The notes: a model not told the origin generated them from the letters alone. Shown: positions 52,901-63,893, counted from the stretch's first letter. The stretch is DNA of 64,000 bases from Microbacterium sp. (GCA_003248655.1 QFPM01000004.1:121354-185353), one strand, 5' to 3'. Numbers and translations: made by a program.

Positions 52901-54725
52901 CGGGGCCTGCGGCCGCGTTGAGGGCCGCGACGAGGGTCGAGGTCGCCTCGTCGGCGGTCTCGCCGAGCGCGGCGGAGTTCTCGATCTCCATGAGGCCGAC
53001 CACATCGGCATCCAGAGCGTTGATCGCGGCCACGATCTTGTCCTGCTGACGCTTCAGGTCGGCGGCATCCCACGCGCCGCGCTGCGGGCAGCCGTCGCGG
53101 ACGGTCACGCCGTCGCCGAAGCGGTCGGTGTAGGCGACGCACGAGGGGTTCTGGTTGCCGAGGGTCGTGAAGTAGTTGAGCACGTTGAACGACGCGAGCT
53201 TCACGTCGCCGCCGACGGCCTCGGGGGCCGCCGTGCGCGGGTCCGCGAAGGCGACGCCGTCGGTGCCAGTGCCGTCACCGGCGAGCGGGGCGGTGGGGTT
53301 GAGCTTCCACGCGTTGTTGCGATAGTCGACGATCACGGGGGCCGTGAAGGTGACGGAGGCGCCGACGATGATGGGCTCGGTGAGCGAGACGTAGGCGGGC
53401 GTGAGCGCGCTGTTGGCGGCCGAGAGGTAGTTGATGCTCGTGCCGTCGTCGAGGGTCACGGCGCGCGCCGCGTTGTCGGCGGCGACCGCGGCGGCCTCCG
53501 CCGAGCGCGCGGGTGCGGCGTCGGTGGGCTGGCGCAGCGGCGTCGTGCCGGCGGCGAGGCCGACCTCGCCGTACTGGTTGGTCGAGTAGGTGTTCGAGAC
53601 CGTGAACGCGCCCTGCGGTGCGACGAGCATCGACTCGAGCGCTTCGCGCTGCGCGGCGTCGGCGGGCCACGTGACCGTCGCGGGCGTCGGCGCGGGCTGG
53701 GCCGCGATGCGGGCCGCGCCACCGGCGGCGACCGTGATCTCGGTCAGGCCGTTGAACTCGGAGACGGCGCCCGTGACGCGCACGGTGTCGCCGAGTGAGA
53801 CCTCGCCGACCGCGCCCGGCGCGTAGACGAAGATCGCGTCGGATGCCGTGTGGTCGGCGGCGAGCGCGCCGCCCGTTCCCGCGGTCTGGATGACGTAGCC
53901 GTTGAAGCCGCCGGTCGGGTAGTACGCCGTCACGACGCCCTCCGTGGTGACTGTCGTGCCGACGAGCGGGGAGGCGTCGCCGGTGCCCTGGATCGCGCGA
54001 ATCGCGGTGACGACCGGGTCGGTGGGTGGGTCTGTCGGGTCCGTCGGATCGGTGGGGTCCGTGGGCCCGGCGGGGAGGCCGGTCGGGGTCGGCGCGCCGA
54101 CGGTGAAGTCGGCCGCGTTGTTCGCCGTGTTCGCGAAGGTCGCCGAGCGCGACACGCTCGTGGCGTTGGCCGTCGCGGGCGCCGCCGCGGTGCCGGCGAA
54201 GTGGTTCGCGTTGCCCCATCCGACGAAGTCGACGACCTGCGGGAGGTCGACGATGCCCGTCGCGCCGACGAGCGCCGTCTGGTTCGACACAAGAGCGACC
54301 TTGCCCGCCGTCCCGGACATCGGGATCGTGCCCTCGACGTCGGGGGTGAAGCCGGTGAGGGTCGTGTTGGAGCCGGTCGCCTCTCCGATCAGCACCTGGC
54401 CGCCTGCGGGGACCGTGATGCCGGTGAGCGCGGTCACCTGCCACGCTGTGCCGGTCGCCGACGCGTACTGCACGCTGTACGCAGACAGGTCGACCGGGGC
54501 GCTCGACACGTTCGCCAGCTCGATGAAGTCGCGGTTGAGAGGAGCGCCGTTGTTGCCGCCCCCGCCGTACACCTCCGAGATCACCACGGGTGCCGTGGCC
54601 GACACCGCAGCCTGGGCCGCGGCGGGAGTCAGCGCGACGCCCGCGAGAGCCGTCGCGAGCGCGGTGGCCAGGGCCAGACCGCGACGGGAGGACAGGGGCG
54701 ATGGATCCAAGTGCGCGTGCGTCAC
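49986..54725 (-). CDS. extracellular nuclease (ExeM/NucH-type: lamin-tail domain + EEP nuclease) fused to 5-prime-nucleotidase/metallophosphatase and C-terminal Ig-like domains
   Basis: Signal peptide after a GTG at 54725 (SRRGLALATALA...AAAQA). LTD (VISEVYGGGGNNGAPLNRDFIELAN). PTD repeat linker. EEP (KLASFNVLNYF...DHILLS). Metallophosphatase (GINDFHGR, GDNIGAS, GNHEFD). The ORF is open to 54821. Confidence 0.8.
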   Translation of the reverse strand: MTHAHLDPSPLSSRRGLALATALATALAGVALTPAAAQAAVSATAPVVISEVYGGGGNNGAPLNRDFIELANVSSAPVDLSAYSVQYASATGTAWQVTALTGITVPAGGQVLIGEATGSNTTLTGFTPDVEGTIPMSGTAGKVALVSNQTALVGATGIVDLPQVVDFVGWGNANHFAGTAAAPATANATSVSRSATFANTANNAADFTVGAPTPTGLPAGPTDPTDPTDPTDPPTDPVVTAIRAIQGTGDASPLVGTTVTTEGVVTAYYPTGGFNGYVIQTAGTGGALAADHTASDAIFVYAPGAVGEVSLGDTVRVTGAVSEFNGLTEITVAAGGAARIAAQPAPTPATVTWPADAAQREALESMLVAPQGAFTVSNTYSTNQYGEVGLAAGTTPLRQPTDAAPARSAEAAAVAADNAARAVTLDDGTSINYLSAANSALTPAYVSLTEPIIVGASVTFTAPVIVDYRNNAWKLNPTAPLAGDGTGTDGVAFADPRTAAPEAVGGDVKLASFNVLNYFTTLGNQNPSCVAYTDRFGDGVTVRDGCPQRGAWDAADLKRQQDKIVAAINALDADVVGLMEIENSAALGETADEATSTLVAALNAAAGPGTWAFVPSSSELPPASEQDVITNAIIYRTSAVTTEGASRALGDQSDDGEAFQNAREPIAQVFEPAGGGEPFLFVVNHFKSKGSAGPWPGDADAGDGQGTSNESRVRQATALRDWVEGIRGGVDTVALAGDFNSYTQEDPLQVLYSAGYVDAAQAFGVDTSSYSFSGLSGSLDHILLSGAAKARATGADIWNINSGESVALEYSRFRSHGTEFYAPDAYRSSDHDPVVVGLAAEAPPVELTLLGINDFHGRIDGNTVAFAGTVEQQRALATGPTLFLSAGDNIGASLFASSVAQDKPTIDVLNALGLQASAVGNHEFDRGFDDLSGRVSTASDYPQLGANVYLKGTTTPALPEYQLLEAGSLTVGVIGAVTEETPTLVSPAGVETLDFGDPVAAVNRVAAQLTDGDPANGEADVLVALYHEGAGAGTPDGATLEQELAAGGAFASIVNDTDPKVAAIFTGHTHKEYAWSAEIPGTDRTRPVVQTGSYGANLGRITLTVDGSTGAVTAHTETIVKRTTTPAAELIATFPKVAEVDAIVKQAIAAAAEVGNTAVGEVAADITTAFAGGSFVNGVWTGGTRDDRASESTLGNEVGNMLRDSLSGLPNGAVIGVTNPGGLRAELWDTQAEFGAAAVPGLADGTISFSQANAVLPFNNTLALVSLTGAQFKTMLEQQWQRLADGTVPSRPYLQLGLSDNVTYTFDSTRPEGDRITSITINGAPIDSAASYRVGTFSFLATGGDNFRVFKEGADYVDTGLLDYEAWMDYIADGSPLAPSFAKHAVEVTGVPALTTAGTAVTFSVAGLNLTSRGAPENTSLQVSLGGTSLGEVPVTAGAATVTVTLPANLPTGTATLTLTAPASGTVVQVPIAVEAAVQPAKTTTRLTAILPVHINRLLPSTLVATVRQDDGKAAVGTVEIREGATLIATVPVNGRGVASYTLGRLSRGTHAYTATFVPADPKVATGSQSGTTRVVVLF

Positions 54726-54956
54726 GATCGTCTCTCCGAGTGCGGTCCGCGCGCGTCTGGGGGTTTCGCGCAGGGAACGGCCGCCAGATTGAGCATTCTT
54801 TGCCGGAGACGCCCCTGACAAGCAACAGACCGGTTAACTCTTTCTCACCGCAGGGTTTCCTTGCGTGTCTGTGCAGAGGCGGGTTAGGGTTCGCCCCGCC
54901 AGGCCGCAGTAGTGCCCGGCGTTCCGGCATCCGCGGTTCGCACAGCACCGCGCCGG

Positions 54957-54962
54957 TAGACT
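54957..54962 (+). promoter_or_regulatory. candidate -10 hexamer (TAGACT) for lepA
   Basis: 9 nt upstream of the ATG at 54972. Confidence 0.4.
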
Positions 54963-54971
54963 CGACGAGAC

Positions 54972-56816
<1,845 letters not shown>

Positions 56817-56819
56817 GCC

Positions 56820-57470
56820 ATGCGCCGCGGGAACTTTCAGGACGGCACGGTCGACTACGCGGCCGTGGGCGCGACGCACGCGCCCGACCTGATGACGTAT
56901 CCGCCCGAGCAGAGCGTGCCGGCTGAGGCATCGTGGCGGCTGGGGAGCGGGCAGGCGCGCTTCGAGTCGTCCGCTGACGCGCTGCTGTCGTGGGCGGCAC
57001 TGCGCGGCGCGGGGCTCACGATCACCGATGTGCGGCCGGCCGCGGGCCCGATGTACTCGGGCGTCGGCTACGACGCGGAGGGGACGCCGGTCGCGCCCAG
57101 TCGTCTCGAGGCCGACCAGCGGTTCGACTCCGACGGCACGCCGTACGTCGCCGCCGGTACCACCGTGCGCGTCCGCGGCCGTGTGAAGGGGCACAACGCC
57201 GAGGGCGAGCTGCGTGTCATCTCGGCCTTCGAAGAGCCGCGCCGCGTCGGCTTCGCGCTCGGCACGGTGGGCGGATCGGTCGTCAGCGGCGAGGAGTCGT
57301 TCACGATCGAATGGGATGACAGCGACGAAGTGCGCTTCATCGTGCGGGCTTTCGATCGCCCCGTTTCGCTGCTCTACCGCGCGATCCCGCAACTCGTGAA
57401 GCGCCGCCGCCGCGAGCTGTTCCAGGGGTATCTGCGGGCGATCTCGCCGCTGTTCGCGACGCCGGCCTGA
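56820..57470 (+). CDS. DUF1990 family protein
   Basis: 216 aa. The N-terminal pattern (YAAVGAT....P.G) resembles DUF1990 proteins as I recall them. Confidence 0.65.
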   Translation: MRRGNFQDGTVDYAAVGATHAPDLMTYPPEQSVPAEASWRLGSGQARFESSADALLSWAALRGAGLTITDVRPAAGPMYSGVGYDAEGTPVAPSRLEADQRFDSDGTPYVAAGTTVRVRGRVKGHNAEGELRVISAFEEPRRVGFALGTVGGSVVSGEESFTIEWDDSDEVRFIVRAFDRPVSLLYRAIPQLVKRRRRELFQGYLRAISPLFATPA

Positions 57471-58687
57471 TGGGCTCGGCTCTTCCGCTCGGCGACCCCG
57501 CGCCCGCGGACGGCGCTCTGCCCGGCGACCTCGAGATCGACTCCGCGCGCGACTTCGGCGTGTATCTGCACGTGCCCTTCTGCCGGGTGCGGTGCGGATA
57601 CTGCGACTTCAACACCTACACCGCGAGCGAGCTGCGCGGCGCTCGTCAGGACGCCTACGCCGACGAGGTGCTACGCGAGGTCGCACTCTCGCGCGAGGTG
57701 CTCGGCGCGCGCGGGCGGCCGCGCCCGGCATCCACCGTCTTCTTCGGCGGCGGGACGCCGACGCTCCTCCCGGCGGGTGACCTCGTGCGCATGCTCGACG
57801 GCATCCGCGAGGCGTTCGGTCTGATGCCGGATGCCGAGGTCACAGTCGAGGCGAACCCCGACACGATGACGGACGCGCTCGCGCGCGAGCTGGCGGATGC
57901 CGGGGTGACGCGCCTGTCGATCGGCATGCAGTCGGCGGTGTCGCACGTGCTCGCGGCCCTCGATCGCACGCACGACCCCGCGAACGTGGCGACGGCGGTC
58001 GCGGCGGCGCGGGGCGCGGGGCTCGGGGTGAGCCTCGACCTGATCTACGGGGCGCCGGGGGAGTCGCTCGCCGACTGGGAGGCGTCGCTGCGCGCCGCGA
58101 TCGCCCTCGCGCCCGACCACGTCTCGGCGTACGCGCTGATCGTCGAGGAAGGCACGCAGCTCGCGCGGCAGATCCGCCGTGGCGAGGTGCCCGCGCCCGA
58201 CGACGACCTGCAGGCCGACATGTACGAGCTGGCCGACGCGCTCCTGGGGGCGGCCGGCTTCGCGTGGTACGAAGTGTCGAACTGGGCGACCGCGACAGAC
58301 CACCGCTCGCGCCACAACCTCGCGTACTGGCGGGGGAGCGACTGGTGGGGCTACGGGCCGGGCGCGCACAGCCACGTCGCGGGGCTACGCTGGTGGAACG
58401 TGAAGCATCCCGCCGCGTACGCGCAGCGGCTGGCGGCTGGCGAGTCGCCCGCCGCCGCGCGCGAGCGACCGGATGCCGCGGCGCGCAGGCTCGAAGACGT
58501 ACTGCTGCGCTCGCGGATCGCCGAAGGGCTCGCCGTCTCCGAACTCGAGGGATCGGGGCGCCACGCCGTGGCATCCCTCATCGCCGACGGCTTGATCGAC
58601 GGGGCGGCCGCCGTGCGCGGACGTATCGTGCTGACGCTCCGCGGCCGCCTGCTCGCCGATGCCGTCGTCCGCACCCTGACCGCCTGA
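57470..58687 (+). CDS. hemW: radical SAM heme chaperone HemW (HemN-like, oxygen-independent coproporphyrinogen oxidase family)
   Basis: CxxxCxxC motif CRVRCGYCDF. The start overlaps the upstream stop (TGATG). Confidence 0.85.
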   Translation: MGSALPLGDPAPADGALPGDLEIDSARDFGVYLHVPFCRVRCGYCDFNTYTASELRGARQDAYADEVLREVALSREVLGARGRPRPASTVFFGGGTPTLLPAGDLVRMLDGIREAFGLMPDAEVTVEANPDTMTDALARELADAGVTRLSIGMQSAVSHVLAALDRTHDPANVATAVAAARGAGLGVSLDLIYGAPGESLADWEASLRAAIALAPDHVSAYALIVEEGTQLARQIRRGEVPAPDDDLQADMYELADALLGAAGFAWYEVSNWATATDHRSRHNLAYWRGSDWWGYGPGAHSHVAGLRWWNVKHPAAYAQRLAAGESPAAARERPDAAARRLEDVLLRSRIAEGLAVSELEGSGRHAVASLIADGLIDGAAAVRGRIVLTLRGRLLADAVVRTLTA

Positions 58688-58707
58688 ACGGCGGGCGCAC
58701 GGTAAGA

Positions 58708-58734
58708 TTGGCACTCGACAGCCGGGAGTGCCAG
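58708..58734. promoter_or_regulatory. CIRCE operator (HrcA binding site)
   Basis: TTGGCACTC-N9-GAGTGCCAG versus the consensus TTAGCACTC-N9-GAGTGCTAA. It abuts a TAAGAT -10 candidate at 58703-58708. Confidence 0.7.
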
Positions 58735-58775
58735 AACCGGCGCGCACTGTGCTCGTGAGCTCGTGAGGAGGAGCG

Positions 58776-59810
58776 ATGGTCTCGGAACGCGGCCTGCAGG
58801 TGCTCCGCGCGATCGTGCAGGACTACGTCGACACGAACGAGCCGGTGGGCAGCAAGGCGATCGTCGAGCGGCACCAGTTCGGTGTGTCGGCGGCGACGAT
58901 TCGCAACGACATGGCGCTCCTCGAAGACGAGCAACTGATCGCCGCCCCGCATACGTCGTCGGGACGCGTGCCGACCGACAAGGGCTATCGCGTCTTCGTC
59001 GACCACCTCGCCGAGCTTCGGCCCCTCTCGGGCGCGCAGCGCTCCGCGATCTCGACCTTCCTCGCCGACCCCGTCGACCTCGATGACCTCCTCACCCGCA
59101 CGGTGCGCGCACTCACCCGGCTCACGGGTCAGGTCGCGGTCGTGCAGTATCCGTCGTTCGCGCGCGCGAGCGTCTCGCACGTGGAGTTCGTACACCTCGG
59201 CGGCGCTCGCATCGTCGTGATCGTCGTGACCGACACGGGGCGTGTATCGCAACGCCTCGCGTTCCTGCGCGAAGAACTCGACGAGGATGCCGCGGCGCAG
59301 GTCAAACGCGAACTTGCGGACCTCGTCACCGGCAAGCCCGTCGCCGAGGCGGCCCAGGCGATCGCCGACCTGCTGGCGGCGGCTCCGGTCACGCGCGTCG
59401 ACGAGGCCATGCGCACCGTCGCACGCATCGTCGCGGAGGAGCTCGACGAGTTCCGTCAGGACAGACTCGTGATGGCGGGAAGCGCGACGCTCGCGCGGCG
59501 CGAGGGCGATTTCCGCGGCAGCATCTATCCGCTTCTCGAGGCCATCGAAGAGCAGGTGACGCTCCTGCGCCTCATGGGCGAGATGGTCGCCGACGAGCAG
59601 GGCCTCGCCGCGAGCATCGGCAGCGAGAACGAGCCGTTCGGTCTCGCCGAGGCATCCGTCGTCACGAGCGACTACGACGGCACCGGAACGCGCGCCCGCG
59701 TCGGCGTGCTCGGGCCGACGCGCATGGACTATCCGACCAACCTCGCGGCGGTTCGCGCCGTCGCGCACTACCTCAGCCGGTTGCTCGACGACGACGAATC
59801 GTCGCGTTGA
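58776..59810 (+). CDS. hrcA: heat-inducible transcriptional repressor HrcA
   Basis: N-terminal winged helix ([15 protein letters not shown]...EPVGSKAI). Position is upstream of dnaJ. Confidence 0.9.
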   Translation: MVSERGLQVLRAIVQDYVDTNEPVGSKAIVERHQFGVSAATIRNDMALLEDEQLIAAPHTSSGRVPTDKGYRVFVDHLAELRPLSGAQRSAISTFLADPVDLDDLLTRTVRALTRLTGQVAVVQYPSFARASVSHVEFVHLGGARIVVIVVTDTGRVSQRLAFLREELDEDAAAQVKRELADLVTGKPVAEAAQAIADLLAAAPVTRVDEAMRTVARIVAEELDEFRQDRLVMAGSATLARREGDFRGSIYPLLEAIEEQVTLLRLMGEMVADEQGLAASIGSENEPFGLAEASVVTSDYDGTGTRARVGVLGPTRMDYPTNLAAVRAVAHYLSRLLDDDESSR

Positions 59811-59862
59811 GCCGACCGCACGAACGACACAACCGCGCCCGCACGGGCAGGAAAGGCGATTT

Positions 59863-60972
59863 GTGGCCGACCACTACGAAGTCCTCGGGGTCTCGCGTGA
59901 CGCGACTCCCGACGAGATCAAGAAGGCGTACCGGCGTCTCGCGCGTGAGCTGCACCCCGATGTGAATCCCGGTGAAGAGGCATCCGAGCGGTTCAAGCTC
60001 GTCACGCACGCGTATGACGTGCTGAGCGACCCCGAGCAGCGCCAGCGCTACGACCTCGGCGGCGACGGCTCGCCCTTTGGCGGCGCCGGGAACTTCGGCG
60101 GATTCTCGGACATCTTCGAGACGTTCTTCGGCGGCGGCGCGGGAGGCCGTGCCGGTCGGCCCCGGTCGCGTCGCGAACGCGGACAGGACGCCCTCGTGCG
60201 TGTCACGCTCGACCTCAAGGACGTCGTGTTCGGCACGCACCGTGAGCTCGAGGTCGACACGGCGGTCCTCTGCGAGTCGTGCCAGGGTTCGTGCTGCCAG
60301 CCGGGTACGCAGCCCGTCACATGCGACATCTGCCACGGATCGGGGCAGGTGCAGCGAACGGTCCGGAGCCTCCTCGGCAACGTCGTCACCTCACAGCCGT
60401 GCACGGCCTGCCAGGGATACGGCACGACGATCCCGTACCCCTGCGCGAGCTGTCAGGGCCAGGGGCGCGTGCGCGCGCGGCGCACGGTGTCCGTCGACAT
60501 CCCCGCGGGCGTCGAGACGGGGCTGCGCCTGCAGCTGCCCGGGTCGGGCGAGGTCGGCCCGGCCGGTGGTCCGAACGGCGACCTCTACCTCGAGGTCACG
60601 ATCGCGCACGACGACGTCTTCAGCCGCGACGGTGACGATCTACTCGCGACGCTCGAGGTCTCGATGCCCGACGCGATTCTGGGGGCGACGACGACGATCA
60701 CGTCGCTCGACGGCGACGTCGAGCTCGAGGTGCGCCCCGGCATCCAATCGGGTGATGTCCTGACGATCAAGGGCCGCGGCATCACGCCGCTGCGTGGCGG
60801 CACTCGCGGCGACCTGCGCGTGGGTGTCCACGTCGTGACGCCTACGAAGCTGGATGCCCGCTCGCGCGCCCTCATCGAGGACTTCGCGAAGAAGACCAAG
60901 GCGCCCGCACCGCAGCTCGCGCAGTTCCAGCAGGGGCTGTTCTCCAAGCTGCGCGACCGGTTCCGCGGCTGA
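59863..60972 (+). CDS. dnaJ: molecular chaperone DnaJ
   Basis: J domain with HPD and a G/F region. Four CxxCxG zinc motifs (CESCQG, CDICHG, CTACQG, CASCQG). Confidence 0.9.
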   Translation: MADHYEVLGVSRDATPDEIKKAYRRLARELHPDVNPGEEASERFKLVTHAYDVLSDPEQRQRYDLGGDGSPFGGAGNFGGFSDIFETFFGGGAGGRAGRPRSRRERGQDALVRVTLDLKDVVFGTHRELEVDTAVLCESCQGSCCQPGTQPVTCDICHGSGQVQRTVRSLLGNVVTSQPCTACQGYGTTIPYPCASCQGQGRVRARRTVSVDIPAGVETGLRLQLPGSGEVGPAGGPNGDLYLEVTIAHDDVFSRDGDDLLATLEVSMPDAILGATTTITSLDGDVELEVRPGIQSGDVLTIKGRGITPLRGGTRGDLRVGVHVVTPTKLDARSRALIEDFAKKTKAPAPQLAQFQQGLFSKLRDRFRG

Positions 60973-60984
60973 GGCGGGCCCGCG

Positions 60985-61731
60985 GTGGCGCTGCACTTTC
61001 TCGTCGACGGCGCGCTCGCCGAACACGTCGCGCGCGCGGAGGTCGGCGACCATGTCGCGCTGACCGGCGCCGAGGCGCATCACGCCGCGGTCGTGCGTCG
61101 CGTGCGCGTCGGCGAGGAGGTCACGGTCGGTGACGGCGCGGGAGTGTGGCTGACGGGGTCGGTCTCGGACGCTGCGCCGCAGCGCGTCGTGGTGCGCGTG
61201 GTCGCTCGGCGGTCGGTGCCGGCGGCCGCGCCGCGGCTCGTTCTCGTGCAAGCGCTCGCAAAGGGGGATCGCGACGAACTGGCGATCCAGGCGGCGACGG
61301 AGCTCGGCGCGGACGAGATCGTGCCGTGGCAGGCCGCGCGGAGCGTGTCGCGGTGGTCGGGCGACAAGATCGCCAAGGGCGTGACGCGGTGGAAGTCGAT
61401 CGTGCGCGAGGCTGCGAAGCAAGCGCATCGCGCGTGGGTGCCGGACGTTTCGGGGCCGGTGACGACCAGGGACCTCACGGCGCGCGCGTCGGACGCGCTC
61501 GTGCTGGTGCTGGAGCCGACGGCATCCGTGGCGCTGGCGGCGCTCGATGTGGCCGACGCGCGCGAGATCGTGCTCGTCGTCGGCCCCGAGGGCGGGATCG
61601 CGCCCGAGGAGCTGACCGCGATGGCGGATGCCGGGGCGCAGCTCGTGCGCCTCGGCGACACCGTGCTGCGCACGTCGACCGCCGGCCCCGCCGCCCTCGC
61701 CGTGCTCAACGCCCGCCTCGCCCGCTGGTGA
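60985..61731 (+). CDS. rsmE: 16S rRNA (uracil1498-N3)-methyltransferase
   Basis: PUA-like N-terminus and SPOUT C-terminus (LVVGPEGG...LGDTVLRTSTA). Confidence 0.85.
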   Translation: MALHFLVDGALAEHVARAEVGDHVALTGAEAHHAAVVRRVRVGEEVTVGDGAGVWLTGSVSDAAPQRVVVRVVARRSVPAAAPRLVLVQALAKGDRDELAIQAATELGADEIVPWQAARSVSRWSGDKIAKGVTRWKSIVREAAKQAHRAWVPDVSGPVTTRDLTARASDALVLVLEPTASVALAALDVADAREIVLVVGPEGGIAPEELTAMADAGAQLVRLGDTVLRTSTAGPAALAVLNARLARW

Positions 61732-61740
61732 GCTGCTTCT

Positions 61741-61982
61741 CCACCCCTCCGGCGCTCGACCCTGCTTCGGTGGTTGAGTAGCCGCGCGTAGCGCGGCGTA
61801 TCGAAACCACGCCCGGACGGTCGGGGGTCGGGGATGGTCTCGATACACCCGCGGCTGCGCCGCGGGCACTCGACCACCGATAAGCGCGCCGCCGGCGCTT
61901 GACCACCGATAAGGGCGCCGCGGGCGCTTGACCCTTCTTCGGTGGTTGAGTAGCCCGGCGTAGCCGGGCGTATCGAAACCAC
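61741..61982. repeat. GC-rich hairpin repeat array, part 1 (units A1-B1-C-C-A2)
   Basis: A = GGTGGTTGAGTAGCCGCGCGTAGCGCGGCGTATCGAAACCAC (61769-61810 and 61941-61982). B = TGGTCTCGATACACCCGCGGCTGCGCCGCGGGCACTCGACC... (from 61835). C = GGCGCCGCGGGC(A/G)CT(C/T)GACC(A/C)CCGAT-type units. Confidence 0.85.
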
Positions 61983-63573
61983 AGCATGCTTTCCGGGGCT
62001 CACGTGCGGGTGACGAGCTTTCTGAGTCGTATCGGGGAGGTTGTGACGGCCCGCCATCTCTGGTCGGTGTCGTGCCAGGGGGGTGGCTTCACTTCGGGGA
62101 TGCCGTTGTTCATGCGGATCTTCCAGCCGATGCGGTCGAGGAACCTATGGTGGTACCAGCAGAGCAGGACGCCGTTGTCGGTGTGGGTGGGGCCGCCGCC
62201 TGCGTACTCGGTGACGTGGTGGATTTCGGTCCAGGCTGCGGGGACCCCGCATCCGGGGATGATGCTCCCCACGGCTACCCCACACGCCGCTGCGCGGCGC
62301 GCTGGGCCCCTCGCCGCGGGGGCCCACCGCCGTCGCGGAGAGCGATGGCGCGGCGTTGGTGGCGATTGAAGACGCGTTCTTCGGTTCCGATGCGGATGAT
62401 GCGCCCGTCGGGGCGGCTGGTGATGCGTTGAATGACACCGGCGCAGGCGATGTGGCGGGCGGTCGCGACGCTGATCGCGCGGTCGCAGCCTTGCGCGTGG
62501 GCGTGTCCGGTGCCGGTGTCGAGGTCTTCCGCGGTGACGGAGACGATCAGGGTCGGCGCGTGCCCGCCGAGGGTCGGCAGCAACCCCGACGAGGCCGCGA
62601 CGCCGAGGGTGGCGGCGAGGGCGTCGTGTTGCTTCTGTGCGCGGGTGCGGTCATCGATCGCTGGCAGCGGGAGCGGGTCACCGTTCTCATCGGTTCTGAA
62701 CGGGTCGTCGAACTGCACGGTGGGCGCGAGCTGCGCGTCGAAGATGGTCTGCAGCTGCGCGGCGACTTCGGGCAGCAGCATCCCACGGGCGGGGATGCCG
62801 TGTGGGGTCGGGGTGCCGAGGGTGAAGGAGCGTTTGCGTTCCATGAGACGTTCGCGGGGTTCCGCACCGTCTTGGTCGAGAGCGAGCGCCCACGCCTGTG
62901 CGTGCACCTTCAACAGCCCCGCGCACGCGGGCGGGGCACCGTCTGGACCCTCACCACGCGCCTCGGCGACCACCACATCGGCCGCCTCGGCCCGGGCGGC
63001 CGCGCTCACGCGGGGTGCGGTCTGTTGGAGGGGTTCGGTGATCGCGAGGATGCCGTCGACCCCGATGATCCCGTCGAGCATCGCCGCCCGGACCGACGGG
63101 AACACGGGCGACAACAGTTCGCCCGTGGTGTCGGACACGGTCGGGCGGACGGCGCGGGCCGCTTTCTGTAGCCGCGTCGCGGTGGGCACCGCGACACGGG
63201 TGAGGGTTTCGAGGAGTTCGGTGACGTCCCGGCATCCGAGGTGGGAGGTCATCCGGTCATCGCGCACCGCGTTCTCGGAGCGGCGCATGACCTCACCGGT
63301 CGCGTCGACCAGCAGGGCCTCGAGGACCCGGCCGATTTCTGCGATCGCGGAGACCTGGGCGGCGAGTTCGCGCTCGCTCGCCCGCTCGAAGGCCCTGCCC
63401 GTGGACGCGTCACTCAGCACCGTGGCGGCCTGCGCACGCAGGTCGGCAAGGGTGGGGGTGAGGAGGTCCATACCCGTCATCTTCCTCGGGGGTTCCGACA
63501 TTCGTCCCCCGGAAAACCGCAGTTTGCGCCGGATAAACCGACACGTGGGGTGAGAGTTCTCTCACCGTTTGGG
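61983..63573 (-). mobile_element. 1.59-kb DUF222/HNH gene-bearing insert splitting the hairpin repeat array
   Basis: It lies exactly where intact array units have a 22-24-nt A-B spacer. Removing it restores the A-B-C-C periodicity. Confidence 0.45.
62000..63501 (-). pseudogene. DUF222 / HNH endonuclease family gene, frame-disrupted at the DUF222-HNH junction
   Basis: The DUF222 part is ORF 62275..63501 (MSEPP... to ...AIALRDGG). The HNH part (IIPGCGVPAAWTEIHH...LLCWYHH) is in another frame (ORF 62000..62272). A 62-nt GC hairpin segment sits between them. Confidence 0.65.
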
Positions 63574-63835
63574 TGGTCTCGATACACCCGCGGCTCCGCC
63601 GCGGGCACTCGACCCCCGATGAGGGCGCCGCGGGCACTCGACCACCGATCGGGGCGCCGCGGGCACTCGACCATTCTTTCCGGTGGTTGAGTAGCCGCGC
63701 GGAGCGCGGCGTATCGAAACCACAGTCCCCTGCTGCGGGTCGGGGTGGTCTCGATACACCCGCGGCTCCGCCGCGGGCACGGTGAGGGCGCCGCGGGCAC
63801 TCACCGGTAGGGGCGCCGCGGGCGCTCGACCACAG
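63574..63835. repeat. GC-rich hairpin repeat array, part 2 (units B2-C-C-A3-B3-C-C)
   Basis: B at 63574 and 63746, A at 63682-63723, and C-type units at 63624, 63653, 63787 and 63811 (approximate). Confidence 0.85.
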
Positions 63836-63893
63836 AGCGGCGAGCGGCAGGAGCGGGTCGGACGGCACCCGGCAGAGCGTCGGTACCGCGCCG

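Noticed and set aside
54822-54971. GTTAACCGGTC TGTTGCTTGTC upstream of the nuclease gene could be a PHO box.
   Set aside because: It only loosely resembles GTTCACC-type direct repeats. I cannot support it without a matrix scan.
61741-63835. The repeat clusters could be a CRISPR array.
   Set aside because: The repeats are heterogeneous (three unit types) and abut each other without unique spacers of uniform length. No cas genes are present, and the 1.59-kb interruption is a gene.
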